From NCBI GenBank assembly GCA_024641335.1, contig JAHEDG010000007.1, forward strand, positions 18,061-82,060: a DNA stretch of 64,000 nt, given 5' to 3'. A program made the position numbers and the translations under genes. The DNA is from Candidatus Zixiibacteriota bacterium. GTDB lineage: Bacteria; Zixibacteria; MSB-5A5; UBA10806. The notes below the pieces were generated by a model, which was given only the letters and a program-made list of their open reading frames with translations, was not told the origin of the DNA and made no database searches. This document shows positions 9,083-19,205 of the stretch, piece by piece (positions within the stretch are counted from its first letter, which is position 1; every line of letters starts with the position of its first letter).

Positions 9083-10384
9083 ATGAGCCTGAAATTCTGG
9101 TTGGAAATTGTAATTATTCTGATACTGGTATTCATATCCGGTTTTTTCTCGGCGTCGGAAATCGCCATAGTCGCGGTTAGAAAGAGCCGTATGAAAAAGC
9201 TGCTTAATTCCGGCGACTCCAGGGCGGATTTCGTCCTGAAACTCAAGAATAATCCGGATAGCTTTTTCGCTATAGTTCAGGTGGGGATGACGGTTACGGC
9301 ATCGGCGGCCAGCGCGATGGGAGGCGCGACCGCCATTCTGGTAATCAAACCGCTGGTTCAATCGATTCCGATAGCCGCGATAAATCATGCGGCCGAATCT
9401 ATTTCTATAATTATCGTGATAGCGGTTATTTCTTATATATTTCTCGTGCTGGCGGAGCTGGTCCCGAAGGCAATGGCTATCCGGCACTCGGAAAGAATAG
9501 CGTTATGGGTAGGACCGGCCACCTGGTGGTCGCTTAGGGTCATCGGCATATTTATTAGTTTTCTCTCGTGGTCGACTAACATGTGTCTTAGAATCGCGGG
9601 GATTTCGTCCGATATGAAAAAAGATTCGACCATCTCCGAGGAGGAGGTCAAGATCATTCTGGCCGAGGGATTGCATCACGGGGTATTCGAGCCGGAAGAG
9701 CATGAGCTGATTCACTCGGTGTTCGAGTTTTCCGATACGGTAGCCAGGAACGCCATGACACCGAGAACCGAAATGGCCGCGGTGGAGATCGGCGATTCGC
9801 CCGAAAAGATATTGAGGATTGCCACCACCGAAGGGTATTCCCGTCTGCCAGTCTACCAGGATAATCTGGATAATATAAAGGGCATACTAAATGTCCGGGA
9901 TCTTCTGAACTTATTCCTTTCGGACGGCCTGATAATTACCGGGGATATCATGCGGCCGGCGTTTTTCGTACCTGACTCCAAGAAGATCTCGGAAATTCTG
10001 CAGGATATGCAAAAAGAGAAGACTCATATTGCCATCGTGCTGGATGATTTTGGCGGAACCGCCGGACTGATTACGCTGGAGGATATAGTCGAGGAGATAG
10101 TCGGCGAGATACAGGATGAATATGATACCGAGGAAGAAGATATAGTTATGAATTCCGACGGTTCGGCGATAGTGGATGGGGCGGTCGATGCCGAGTTAGT
10201 ATGCGAAAAATTCGGCGTGGAGCCTCCCAAAGGGGAGTTCGAGTCGATTACCGGAATGCTAATCGAGAAGGCCGGTCATATTCCATCGCTGAATCAGGTG
10301 ATCGAAACGGCCGGATTGAAAATCACCGTGTTGGAAAAAGACGGTCACAGGGTGAAAAAGGTAAAAGTGGAAAGGCTCGGGTAA
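9083..10384 (+). CDS. CNNM/CorC-HlyC family protein (DUF21 membrane domain + CBS pair + CorC_HlyC domain)
   Basis: The N-terminal DUF21 TM region begins FFSASEIAIV. It is followed by a CBS pair (ARNAMTPRTEM..., GDIMRPAFFVPDS...) and a C-terminal transporter-associated domain. Confidence 0.85.
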   Translation: MSLKFWLEIVIILILVFISGFFSASEIAIVAVRKSRMKKLLNSGDSRADFVLKLKNNPDSFFAIVQVGMTVTASAASAMGGATAILVIKPLVQSIPIAAINHAAESISIIIVIAVISYIFLVLAELVPKAMAIRHSERIALWVGPATWWSLRVIGIFISFLSWSTNMCLRIAGISSDMKKDSTISEEEVKIILAEGLHHGVFEPEEHELIHSVFEFSDTVARNAMTPRTEMAAVEIGDSPEKILRIATTEGYSRLPVYQDNLDNIKGILNVRDLLNLFLSDGLIITGDIMRPAFFVPDSKKISEILQDMQKEKTHIAIVLDDFGGTAGLITLEDIVEEIVGEIQDEYDTEEEDIVMNSDGSAIVDGAVDAELVCEKFGVEPPKGEFESITGMLIEKAGHIPSLNQVIETAGLKITVLEKDGHRVKKVKVERLG

Positions 10385-10455
10385 GGGTCCTTTTAGTTAT
10401 TATAGCCAGACATAAAATTTACTATAGCGGGTATAGCGGAGAAGAGAGTCTTTGG

Positions 10456-11160
10456 CTATTTGTTGGCCGGAGAGTCCTGGCCCCGGTTGAGATTCCATTG
10501 TATCCAGGGAGAAGATTCGTCCGGATCGTCGGGATGAAAAGCTCCGTTGAAGGCGATATTCCCCCGCGATGTCACGATCAGCTTTTGATCGGCTTGAAGT
10601 GTCATGGTCCAGTTCTCCGGCGGGGCGGCGGCGGTTTCGAGCGAATCTTCCGGTATCATTTTTTCAGGATGACCTTCTACCTCTATCCGCCCACGGTAGA
10701 CTTTCAGTTCGGTGGTACCGTCGACGCCTACCGAAAAGCCGCATACGGCGCCAACGGGACGGCACAATAAAACCGGGGAGCTAATAGCAATTTCCGATCC
10801 GGCGGCGGGGCCGTTATCGACGCTCCAAATATGACCGGAGACGATATTCAGATCAACCGATCCGTTCATATCTGCCCGGGCGAATTTTATTTCGGTTAGC
10901 GGGCCGAGTCGGAAAAGACCGAATCGAGTTTTGATTTCGGCTCGTGATTCTTCAAGGGTCTTTATTGATTCTTCGATCGCCACAGAGGTGGTCATATCGG
11001 CGGTCAGCCATCCCTCGGAACCCTGACGCCGCACTCTTGCGGTACCATCGATGGAGCTAAAGGAACCAATATTCGGGTTATTATCCTGAGCGTAGGCGGG
11101 CAGAAGAAAAGCCGCGAACGCGGATATCAGAATCAACCTTGCAGCCGGGCGAATGATCAT
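10456..11160 (-). CDS. Secreted protein with FecR-like beta-sandwich domain (tentative)
   Basis: Signal peptide ...FLLPAYA-QD. The pattern G-x-A-R-V-R-R-x-G...W...A resembles FecR-domain proteins. Confidence 0.4.
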   Translation of the reverse strand: MIIRPAARLILISAFAAFLLPAYAQDNNPNIGSFSSIDGTARVRRQGSEGWLTADMTTSVAIEESIKTLEESRAEIKTRFGLFRLGPLTEIKFARADMNGSVDLNIVSGHIWSVDNGPAAGSEIAISSPVLLCRPVGAVCGFSVGVDGTTELKVYRGRIEVEGHPEKMIPEDSLETAAAPPENWTMTLQADQKLIVTSRGNIAFNGAFHPDDPDESSPWIQWNLNRGQDSPANK

Positions 11161-11174
11161 GGCAGCATATCCTG

Positions 11175-12188
11175 TTAGAATCCGCCGCTAAGGGTAATAC
11201 GGTGTACCGATCCGAGATCGGCGAATGAGGAGTAGGAATAATCCATGGTATATTTTTTATAGCTGTATCCGAATCCGCCGGCGAAACCGGCGATGGTATC
11301 GTTATCGTTACCGATCTTATAGTCTCTTCCGGCGGTGGTCCAGCCGACGCGCAGGAAGAACGGTTTTAGAGTGATGACCTCGAGACCCATGGCCAGGTAG
11401 TAATCGTTATCTATAGGTTTGCCTGCCTCGCTGGCGAAGACCAGCGGCAATCCCCGCAGCGCGTGAGACATCCCCAGGGCTATTTTTGTCGGCAGCGGGT
11501 CTTTGTGGGATTCTGTCAGCCCGGAAAGCTGGACTCCGAAATTGGTCAGGGCCAGCCCGATTCTGGTCGAACCGTCCTCCTGCAGAAGGTACATCAATCC
11601 CAAGTCTGCAGCCAGGCCGTCGGAGGAATATTCGTCGATCCTCTGATAAATCAATTTTCCCGAGGCCCCCAATGACAATCTCGGCATAACCCGCCGGGAA
11701 TAGGAAAGCGACAAGGCCATATCGGACGCTCCGAAGGTACCGATCAGATCTCCGCTGGAGTTGAGACGATCGAACGATCCGTAGTTTTGGTAGGCGGCCG
11801 ATATTCCGGCGGCCGAGCGGTCATCGAGGTTCCTGATATAGCCGATGAAACCGTATTGAAAATCCAGAAGGTAGTTCAGATATGAGGCGGTAAAACGGTT
11901 CTGAGCCGCGAGGTCTTCGGGCTTATCGAGAAGATCGTCGTAGAGCTCGTAGCTTTCGCCTTTGGCGGTCAACCCAGCGGGATTATAATACAGTGCGGTT
12001 TCATCATCGGCCAGGCCGACAAAGGCTCCGCCCAGGGCCTGGGATTTGGCTCCCGTGCCGACTTTCAGGAAGCTATAGGCGGTCGTACCGGCTTTCGGGT
12101 TGGCCGCCGACAGATCCGGGCAGATGACAGCCGCCGTGATTAGCGATACAACTATCAATTGTAAAATTTGTTTTTTTATCATTATCAA
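11175..12188 (-). CDS. PorV/PorQ-like outer-membrane beta-barrel protein
   Basis: Signal peptide, then the N-terminal motif AYSFLKVGTGAKSQALGGAFVGLADDETALYYNPAGL characteristic of the PorV/PorQ (FadL-like) family. The sequence ends in aromatic ...LSGGF. Confidence 0.5.
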   Translation of the reverse strand: MIMIKKQILQLIVVSLITAAVICPDLSAANPKAGTTAYSFLKVGTGAKSQALGGAFVGLADDETALYYNPAGLTAKGESYELYDDLLDKPEDLAAQNRFTASYLNYLLDFQYGFIGYIRNLDDRSAAGISAAYQNYGSFDRLNSSGDLIGTFGASDMALSLSYSRRVMPRLSLGASGKLIYQRIDEYSSDGLAADLGLMYLLQEDGSTRIGLALTNFGVQLSGLTESHKDPLPTKIALGMSHALRGLPLVFASEAGKPIDNDYYLAMGLEVITLKPFFLRVGWTTAGRDYKIGNDNDTIAGFAGGFGYSYKKYTMDYSYSSFADLGSVHRITLSGGF

Positions 12189-12194
12189 CCTCGT

Positions 12195-12689
12195 CTACCA
12201 GCCTTTGACCGTTTTATTTAGAATATCTTCGACGATTTTATCAATAGCTCTGTCCTGACCGTCCTCTTCATTTTCGCCGGCCGAAACGTAGGTACCCCAG
12301 TTGGATATTTCGGCTTCCTCCCAGATCACCTTGCCGCTTTTGCGTTCGGTGAACTCGGCTTTTATCCCGATACGGACAATGTATTCGCTGACTTCCTCCG
12401 ATTGCGTGAATGTGTATGCTTCGCGCTTATACGAAACAACGGTCCCCCTGATAACGGAATCCGACCGGCTTTCCGGAACCACTTTCAAGGTATTATCCCG
12501 GGCGAACGATTGTCTCAATTTATCGGTCAGCTTTTCTCTAATACCGCTTTCGTCGGTTTCATTCTCGAAAAGGGGTATTCCCACGGATTTGACGCTGCCC
12601 ACCGCGGATGGCTTGAAAGTATACACGCCGCAGGAGAAAACCGCAAGAGTTAAGAGCATCAGGGGAATAGCGCCGGATATATATTTCAC
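12195..12689 (-). CDS. LptE-like lipoprotein (tentative)
   Basis: Lipobox LAVFSC. The size (~165 aa) and pattern (IPLFENET..., DSVIRGTV...) resemble LPS-assembly lipoprotein LptE. Confidence 0.45.
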   Translation of the reverse strand: MKYISGAIPLMLLTLAVFSCGVYTFKPSAVGSVKSVGIPLFENETDESGIREKLTDKLRQSFARDNTLKVVPESRSDSVIRGTVVSYKREAYTFTQSEEVSEYIVRIGIKAEFTERKSGKVIWEEAEISNWGTYVSAGENEEDGQDRAIDKIVEDILNKTVKGW

Positions 12690-13954
12690 CGAACCTTCTG
12701 CCCTTTCTTGTAGACACTTTCGACCAGATTGCCGCCGAAATGATACGGAATTTCGCGGTAATCCTCAGCATCCCAGATAACCAGGTCGGCCTGTTTGCCG
12801 GGAGCCAGCGAACCTATTTTATCGCCTCCGCTAACAGCGAAGGCGGCGTTAATTGTGGAGGCAGTCAGGACCTCCGCGGGTGTCATTTTATATTTCAAAC
12901 AGGCCAGGGTCATGATCATCTGCATCGATTCGGTCATGGACGATCCCGGGTTTAAGTCGGTGGCCAGGGCAACCGGGAGTCCTTTTTCAATCATCTTCCT
13001 GGCGGGAGCGTCCATATTCAATCCCAGGAAGAAAGTCGTTCCGGGCAGCAGCACCGGGATGACTCCTTCTTTGTGCATGAGGTGAATCCCTTCGTCGCCG
13101 ACGCTTATCAGATGGTCAGCGGAAACCGCTCCGAATTCCGCGGCTAATTCCGCCCCTCCGGTATTGTGGAACTCATCGGCATGGAGTTTCAATTTCAGTC
13201 CGAATGCCTGGGCGGTCTGTAGAATTATCCTGGTCTGCCTGGGAGTAAAAACCCCTTTCTCGCAAAAAACATCACAGAAAACCGCCAGATTTTTGGCTAC
13301 CACCTTCGGAATCATCTCCGCGCAGATCAGGGAGACATATTCGTCCGGGTTCTTTTTATACTCCGGAGGTATCTCGTGGGCTCCCAGAAAAGTCGGGACC
13401 AGATCGATTTTGTGCTCCTCGTTCAGCTCTTTTATCGCCTGGAGCTGTTTGATCTCGTCTTTAGTTGTCAATCCGTAGCCGGATTTGGCTTCCACAGTGG
13501 TTGTTCCGAAGGAAAGCATCCGATCGAGAATCTTCCGTCCGTTCTCCTTGAGAGTCTTTCGGTTAGCTTTCCTAACAGACTCCACTGTCGAGTTTATTCC
13601 GCCGCCCGCTTTGGCTATTTCCATATAAGATTTGCCGGCGATTCGCATTTCGAACTCCGCCGATCTCTGCCCGGCGAATACCGGGTGAGTGTGCGGATCT
13701 ATCAGGCCGGGAGTAACGACTTTCCCGCCGGCATCGACTAACCGGACTCTCTTTGCAAGCTCAACCTTTTTCATGACATCTTTTGTTTCACCAACCGCCA
13801 CGATCCGTCCGCCGTTGACGGCTACCGCCCCGTTTTTGAAGATATTGAGGTCATTCATCTCCCGTCCGGTTTTAGGTCCGATCTTTTTGGGATCGTGCAT
13901 GGTGACCAGCTGGGAGGCGTTTTTGATAATTAAGGAGGCTGTTAGTTTTTGCAT
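12686..13954 (-). CDS. hutI: Imidazolonepropionase
   Basis: Amidohydrolase fold with GLIDPHTHPVFAG, GKSYMEIAKAGGGINSTV, KLHADEF and TDLNPGSS, all typical of HutI. Confidence 0.9.
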   Translation of the reverse strand: MQKLTASLIIKNASQLVTMHDPKKIGPKTGREMNDLNIFKNGAVAVNGGRIVAVGETKDVMKKVELAKRVRLVDAGGKVVTPGLIDPHTHPVFAGQRSAEFEMRIAGKSYMEIAKAGGGINSTVESVRKANRKTLKENGRKILDRMLSFGTTTVEAKSGYGLTTKDEIKQLQAIKELNEEHKIDLVPTFLGAHEIPPEYKKNPDEYVSLICAEMIPKVVAKNLAVFCDVFCEKGVFTPRQTRIILQTAQAFGLKLKLHADEFHNTGGAELAAEFGAVSADHLISVGDEGIHLMHKEGVIPVLLPGTTFFLGLNMDAPARKMIEKGLPVALATDLNPGSSMTESMQMIMTLACLKYKMTPAEVLTASTINAAFAVSGGDKIGSLAPGKQADLVIWDAEDYREIPYHFGGNLVESVYKKGQKVR

Positions 13955-13993
13955 GGGGTTTACCTGCTTTATTATGATGCGTCCTCAAAATCC

Positions 13994-14569
13994 TCAAACT
14001 CGACGAGAATCCCGTCCTTCTTTTTGGAATATATAGATCATTTTGCAGCTAATGCTTTCGGGGGTGCCCATTTTTATTTTATAAGTATCTGCTTTTATTG
14101 ACACAGGCACCTCGCCGATCCACCCGTCAATTCCTTGAGATTCCTCTTCCTTTGAAGAAAGACGATAATCGGTTTTTTTATGTTCTGCGATTTTCATCAA
14201 TACCGCTTTTTGAAAACACATGCCTATAAAAGTCTTGGCCACAATTAGGTTTTTGGCCCATTCTCTAACCATTTCCTCATTAATTTTTTCTATCGCATTT
14301 TTCAATTGCAAGACCATAGTCCATATTTTATCAGCAGCTTTATCTATAGAATCAGGATAATTCTTCGCGTACCATTCTTCCCATTCATGTACGTTCCGAG
14401 ACTTGGACTCAAAGATTAATTCGGACATCTGGCCGACAACTTTAGGGCGGGTGCCTTGCGCGTTTTGATTGGCAAGATTGATTATCTGCGTTACATATTT
14501 GGGGAATATCGGTTCTTCTATATCAAGAAGTTCAGCTATTTCAGTATTTTTAATTTTTATCTTTTTCAT
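13994..14569 (-). CDS. Putative type II restriction endonuclease, partner of the adjacent methyltransferase
   Basis: Its start directly abuts the methyltransferase stop, with no gap or overlap (14569/14570). It shares the same AT-rich composition. The E-x-x-GIDG...VSIKAD segment is compatible with a PD-(D/E)xK-type core. The sequence recalls MjaI-family enzymes, but only from memory. Confidence 0.4.
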   Translation of the reverse strand: MKKIKIKNTEIAELLDIEEPIFPKYVTQIINLANQNAQGTRPKVVGQMSELIFESKSRNVHEWEEWYAKNYPDSIDKAADKIWTMVLQLKNAIEKINEEMVREWAKNLIVAKTFIGMCFQKAVLMKIAEHKKTDYRLSSKEEESQGIDGWIGEVPVSIKADTYKIKMGTPESISCKMIYIFQKEGRDSRRV

Positions 14570-15883
14570 CTATTCCTTTTGAGCGTCAACACCGTATTTG
14601 TTAAATTTGTCTATATATTTATAATTATATTTATTCGCCGGATTAGCCATACCTGCCTTGATTAATTTCGCATTTACAAAAGTTTTGTTTTTTAAATAGA
14701 CATAAGCGAGCAGGATTTCGTCATCAAAATATTTAATTTCGTCATATTTTAAATAAACCGGCTTATTCAATACGAGTTTTTTGAGGTATTCTATCGTTTT
14801 TAATCTCTTCTCCTTTAATGGCTCGATACCTATCAGCTTAATTACCGCGCCTGAATTCAATTCCAATAGATTTGCATCCACAACGCTTCTGATTTTATAA
14901 TAATCGTCTTGCGCCGAGTCATTCTTTTGAATCTTAGAACGAAACTGGAGTTTTCTAGGATCGATTTTCTTATTTATCTGAACATTATCCTTGAATATAT
15001 ATGGCAACTTACTCAATTTTTCCGGAAATATCGACTTGGGCAATTTCTGTATCATAAACCTGACGATTTGAGGGTCGTTAAAAAGCTGTGGCTTATCCAA
15101 TCCGAGTTTTGATTTTATTACTGACATAAATTCATCGTTGATCTCATATCCTATTGAATTTCTTTGGAGATTCATTGCCGATAGAGAAGTAGTACCGCTC
15201 CCCAAAAATGGATCGAGGATAGTATCTCCGGTAAAACTAAACATTTTGATTAGTCTCGCGGGCAATTCCTCCGGAAACATCGCAAGATGCTTTTCCTGTT
15301 TTACGCCATTAAAATACCAATGACCCGCAAAATATTGATTCCATTCTTCAATGCTCATTTTTGATTTTAGTTTTTGTTCTTTGGATGGTTTTGGCGCATT
15401 TCCGAGTTTTTTGAATATCAATATAAACTCATAGTCTATTTTTAAGATGCCATTTCTTGGATAAGGGAATGACCCCATAATGGAGGCACCTCCCGAAGTA
15501 TTGGTTGTAGTAACTTTCTGCCAAATTATCGCACCCATATAATCCAAACCTATGGTTTCGCAAAATTTGATTATTTCGGTTCTGATGGGAATAACCTTAT
15601 ATCTGCCATAATAGACTGATCTTGCGAACTGGTCGCCAATGTTTATGCACAATCTGCAACCAGGTGACAGCGCTCTATTGCATTCCATCCATACCAGATT
15701 TAGATTATTAATATAATTTTCATAAGAATCATCAAACCCGATTTGATCTTTATGGCCATAATCCTTTAGTTGCCAATATGGCGGAGAAGTAATTATGAGA
15801 TTGACGGTTTCATCGGGAATTTCGGACATATCCCTCGAATCACCTGCTACAATAAGATGTTCTGTCTTATTCATTTTTATCAT
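14570..15883 (-). CDS. DNA methyltransferase (N4-cytosine/N6-adenine, beta class) with a C-terminal SNase-like OB-fold domain
   Basis: Motif IV SPPYWQLKDY is near the N-terminus and motif I DPFLGSGTTSLSA lies downstream, which is the beta-class order. The C-terminal ~110 aa (VIKLIGIEPLKEK...LLAYVYLKNKTFVNAKLIKAGMA) resemble staphylococcal nuclease. Confidence 0.85.
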   Translation of the reverse strand: MIKMNKTEHLIVAGDSRDMSEIPDETVNLIITSPPYWQLKDYGHKDQIGFDDSYENYINNLNLVWMECNRALSPGCRLCINIGDQFARSVYYGRYKVIPIRTEIIKFCETIGLDYMGAIIWQKVTTTNTSGGASIMGSFPYPRNGILKIDYEFILIFKKLGNAPKPSKEQKLKSKMSIEEWNQYFAGHWYFNGVKQEKHLAMFPEELPARLIKMFSFTGDTILDPFLGSGTTSLSAMNLQRNSIGYEINDEFMSVIKSKLGLDKPQLFNDPQIVRFMIQKLPKSIFPEKLSKLPYIFKDNVQINKKIDPRKLQFRSKIQKNDSAQDDYYKIRSVVDANLLELNSGAVIKLIGIEPLKEKRLKTIEYLKKLVLNKPVYLKYDEIKYFDDEILLAYVYLKNKTFVNAKLIKAGMANPANKYNYKYIDKFNKYGVDAQKE

Positions 15884-15959
15884 TTTGTTGATATCCCAAT
15901 TTTCGCTTCAAAGATATTTCGGTCTCTTTTAAAGCAACTGTCGTTATCGAGTCCTTTCC

Positions 15960-16250
15960 TCACTCCCCGCCCAGCGCCAGCCGGAACGGCAGAAGCTCGC
16001 TTGAGAATACTCCCTCTTTCACCGCCGGGTCGTTATCCATGGTCTCCCTGGCCGCATCCTCGTTTTTCGCCTGAATCACCGCTATACCGAAACGGGCATC
16101 GTCGGTGCGGCCGGCCAGGATCAGCGTTCCCTCCGCCAGCTTCAGCTTGAGATACTCGAAATGGCGTTCGATTACCCCCGATTCCTCGGGCGTGGCGTTA
16201 TTGGCGAAGTCGGTCCTTGGCGGGACGTACATTATCAGGTAGTGGTTCAT
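15960..16250 (-). CDS. YciI family protein
   Basis: 96 aa with the typical YciI pattern ([20 protein letters not shown]..., DPAVKEGVF). Its start overlaps the hutU stop by 4 nt (16247-16250). Confidence 0.75.
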   Translation of the reverse strand: MNHYLIMYVPPRTDFANNATPEESGVIERHFEYLKLKLAEGTLILAGRTDDARFGIAVIQAKNEDAARETMDNDPAVKEGVFSSELLPFRLALGGE

Positions 16251-17923
16251 CGTTTCCTCATCGGTATCTTCACACCTTTACTATCGGCAACTTCGATGGC
16301 TTCGTCGTAGCCGGCGTCGGCATGACGGGCCACCCCGATACCGGGATCGTTGGTCAGCACCCGCTGGATACGGATATCCATCTCCGGTGTGCCGTCGGCG
16401 ACAGTGACCTGCCCGGCGTGGATAGCCAGCCCCATTCCGACACCGCCGCCGTGATGTATGGAGACCCATGATGCCCCCGAGGCGGTATTGAGCATGGCAT
16501 TTAGCAGCGGCCAATCGGCGATAGCGTCGGAACCGTCTTTCATCGCCTCGGTCTCGCGGTTGGGCGAGGCGACCGAGCCGGTATCGAGATGGTCTCGTCC
16601 GATGACAATGGGAGCCGAGATTTTTCCATCGCGCACCAGCCTGTTGAACTCCAGTCCGAGCCTGTGTCTGTCGCCATAGCCGAGCCAGCAGATTCTGGCA
16701 GGCAGGCCCTGGAACTCAACCTTTTCCGAAGCCATCCTGATCCAGTTGGCCAATGGTTTATCGTCGGGGAAAAGTCGCAGCGCGGCCTCGTCGGTGACAG
16801 CGATATCGTTCGGATCGCCTGAAAGAGCCGCCCATCTGAACGGCCCTTTGCCCTCGCAAAACAGAGGACGGATATAAGCCGGCACGAAACCGGGATAATC
16901 GAAAGCGTTTTTGACTCCCGCTTTTTGAGCCTGGCCCCTCAGATTATTTCCGTAATCGAAACAGATCGAGCCTTTTCTCTGAAGATCGAGGATAGCCCTG
17001 GTATGAGCGGCCATGGAATCATAGGACATTTTGATATACTTATCGGGATCGGACTTTCTCAAGGCCAGGGCTTCTTTATAGGAGATGCCGTGAGGCACGT
17101 AGCCGTTGAGCTCGTCATGGGCCGATGTTTGATCGGTGACCAGATCCGGCACTATCCCCCGTTTGGCGATCTCCGGGATGAGATCGGCGCAGTTGCCGAC
17201 CAATCCGACAGAGAGCGGTTTTTTGGTTTTGACCGCGTCGTCGATCCATTTCAAGGCCTGGTCGAGGGAGTGAGTTTTCTTATCGCAGTATTTTTTCTCC
17301 AGTCGGCGGTCTATTCTGCTTTCGTCGATTTCGATTACCAGTATCGCGCCTCCGGCCATAGCGGCGGCCAACGGCTGTGCGCCGCCCATGCCTCCCATGC
17401 CACCGGTGAGGATAAACCTGCCGGAGAGATCGGAGCCATAGTGCTTTTGGCCGGCGGCCATGAAAGTCTCGTAGGTCCCTTGTAGAATTCCCTGCGTGCC
17501 GATATAGATCCATGATCCGGCAGTCATCTGGCCATACATAATCAGGCCGAGTTTATCGAGTTCCCTGAATTTCTCCCAGTTGGCCCAGTTGGGGACCAGG
17601 TTGGAATTGGCGATGAGGACTCTGGGGGAATATGGATGAGTCCTGAAAATACCGACCGGTTTGCCCGACTGCACCAGTAGGGTCTCGTCGTTGTCGAGGG
17701 ATTTCAGAGATTTTATGATAACCTCGAGACATTCGGGATTTCGGGCGGCTTTGCCGATACCTCCGTAAACGACAAGTTCCTCGGGTTTCTCGGCTACCTC
17801 GGGGTCGAGATTATTCAAGAGCATACGCATGGCGGCCTCCTGCTGCCAGCCTTTGCATGAGATTTTATTTCCGCGCGGGGCTTTTATATTCTTTAGATCC
17901 ATTAATCCTCCCATAGCATTCAC
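16247..17923 (-). CDS. hutU: Urocanate hydratase
   Basis: Full-length match to the HutU pattern ([39 protein letters not shown]). Confidence 0.95.
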   Translation of the reverse strand: MNAMGGLMDLKNIKAPRGNKISCKGWQQEAAMRMLLNNLDPEVAEKPEELVVYGGIGKAARNPECLEVIIKSLKSLDNDETLLVQSGKPVGIFRTHPYSPRVLIANSNLVPNWANWEKFRELDKLGLIMYGQMTAGSWIYIGTQGILQGTYETFMAAGQKHYGSDLSGRFILTGGMGGMGGAQPLAAAMAGGAILVIEIDESRIDRRLEKKYCDKKTHSLDQALKWIDDAVKTKKPLSVGLVGNCADLIPEIAKRGIVPDLVTDQTSAHDELNGYVPHGISYKEALALRKSDPDKYIKMSYDSMAAHTRAILDLQRKGSICFDYGNNLRGQAQKAGVKNAFDYPGFVPAYIRPLFCEGKGPFRWAALSGDPNDIAVTDEAALRLFPDDKPLANWIRMASEKVEFQGLPARICWLGYGDRHRLGLEFNRLVRDGKISAPIVIGRDHLDTGSVASPNRETEAMKDGSDAIADWPLLNAMLNTASGASWVSIHHGGGVGMGLAIHAGQVTVADGTPEMDIRIQRVLTNDPGIGVARHADAGYDEAIEVADSKGVKIPMRKR

Positions 17924-18001
17924 AATGGTTTCAAATTACATCAAAGCCTGTTTAGTGTCAACGATTTATAAAGCCCGGAGGTTGACACGGCGGTATCAAA
18001 C

Positions 18002-18697
18002 TTGTACATTCGGACCATGGATCAGGAAAACTACCGGTTGCTCAAAGATTTTTCGTCACGATGGGGAGCGGACCTGTTCGGGGTCGCTTATACGGATAAG
18101 CTGAAAGAATATATAGACCTTGAGATTCAGGAGGAAGCTTCGAGACTGCCGTTCGCCATCAGTATCGGGATTCGACTGCAGCGTACGGTATTGCATACGC
18201 TGATAAACCGTCCCAACCAGATCTACAAAACGCATTACCGGCAGGTCAATGACCATCTGGATAATATTACGACCATGATGGCGGGATTGATTCAACGCAA
18301 CGGATTCGATTCGATGCCGATAGCGGCGTCATTTGTGACAGACTGGAAGAAGCAAAGCGCGCATATCTCGCATCGTCACGCGGCCAGGGAAGCGGGTCTG
18401 GGGTTCATGGGGAAAAACAACCTGCTGGTTCATCCTGAATATGGGGCGGGGATCAGACTAGCGACAGTTCTGACCGATATGCCATTGACGGTGGATTCGC
18501 CGACAGCGGACGACTGCGGCCAATGCATGCAGTGCATGATCGCCTGCCCGGCCGAGGCTATCAGCGAAAAGGGATTCGATTTCGATAAGTGCTATGAGCA
18601 GGTAAAACAGTTCTCCAGGGAAAAAAACTATAATCTGTATATCTGCGGTTTATGTGTAAAGGCCTGCGCCGATGCCCGATCAAAAACCGAGGGTTAA
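18002..18697 (+). CDS. QueG-like 4Fe-4S protein (epoxyqueuosine reductase family, short form)
   Basis: AAREAGLGFMGKNNLLVHPEYGAGIRLATVLTD and a ferredoxin motif CGQCMQCMIACPAEAI plus CGLCVKACA. ATG 18017 is an alternative start. Confidence 0.5.
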   Translation: MYIRTMDQENYRLLKDFSSRWGADLFGVAYTDKLKEYIDLEIQEEASRLPFAISIGIRLQRTVLHTLINRPNQIYKTHYRQVNDHLDNITTMMAGLIQRNGFDSMPIAASFVTDWKKQSAHISHRHAAREAGLGFMGKNNLLVHPEYGAGIRLATVLTDMPLTVDSPTADDCGQCMQCMIACPAEAISEKGFDFDKCYEQVKQFSREKNYNLYICGLCVKACADARSKTEG

Positions 18698-19205
18698 GCC
18701 TGTCAAACTGATTTGCGGGGTATTATTCTCCGGATCGGCCGATATGCGGAGGGTCGACAGCGATCTGGAGGGCGTTTTAGGGCGTATAGACGGGAAATCG
18801 CCGATATTCGATTTCGAATTTACAGAATATTATACTGATGAGATGGGAAGCGGTCTGAAGAAACTCTTTTACTCGTTCGAGCGTTTGGTTATGCCGGACA
18901 GCCTGGCGGATATTAAGCATTCTTCAATAGCCATCGAATTCGAATATTCGAAGGACAGCCGCCGGACGGTCAATCTCGATCCGGGGTATTTGGAGGAATC
19001 GAAGCTGGTTTTGGCCTCGACCAAGAATTTCTCTCACAGGATTTATTTGAGAGACAATATCTGGGCGGAGGTGACATTAAGCTACGCCAATGATAATTTC
19101 ACGACTCATGCCTGGACATACCCGGATTACGCCAGCGATTTAGCGTTCGAGTTTTTTCGAGGGGTCAGGAAGGTTTATGCCGGTCAATTGAAGGGATCGG
19201 GTTGA
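18672..19205 (+). CDS. DUF4416 family protein
   Basis: KLICGVLFS..., TEYYTDEMG..., NLDPGYLEESKLVLASTKNFSHRIYL match the DUF4416 pattern. Overlaps the preceding gene by 26 nt. Confidence 0.55.
   Translation: MPDQKPRVKPVKLICGVLFSGSADMRRVDSDLEGVLGRIDGKSPIFDFEFTEYYTDEMGSGLKKLFYSFERLVMPDSLADIKHSSIAIEFEYSKDSRRTVNLDPGYLEESKLVLASTKNFSHRIYLRDNIWAEVTLSYANDNFTTHAWTYPDYASDLAFEFFRGVRKVYAGQLKGSG

Larger units (their letters stand above)
13960..15950 (-). other. AT-rich ~2-kb restriction-modification island inserted between hutI and yciI-hutU
   Basis: Composition drops sharply to long A/T runs compared with the flanking hut genes. The island contains only the REase/MTase pair. No integrase or obvious flanking direct repeats were seen. 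Confidence 0.55.

Noticed and set aside
10201-10770. 189-aa plus-strand ORF spanning the end of the CorC-like gene and the FecR-like gene.
   Set aside because: It overlaps two better-supported genes. It is Arg/Gly-rich with no motifs and is likely a spurious frame.
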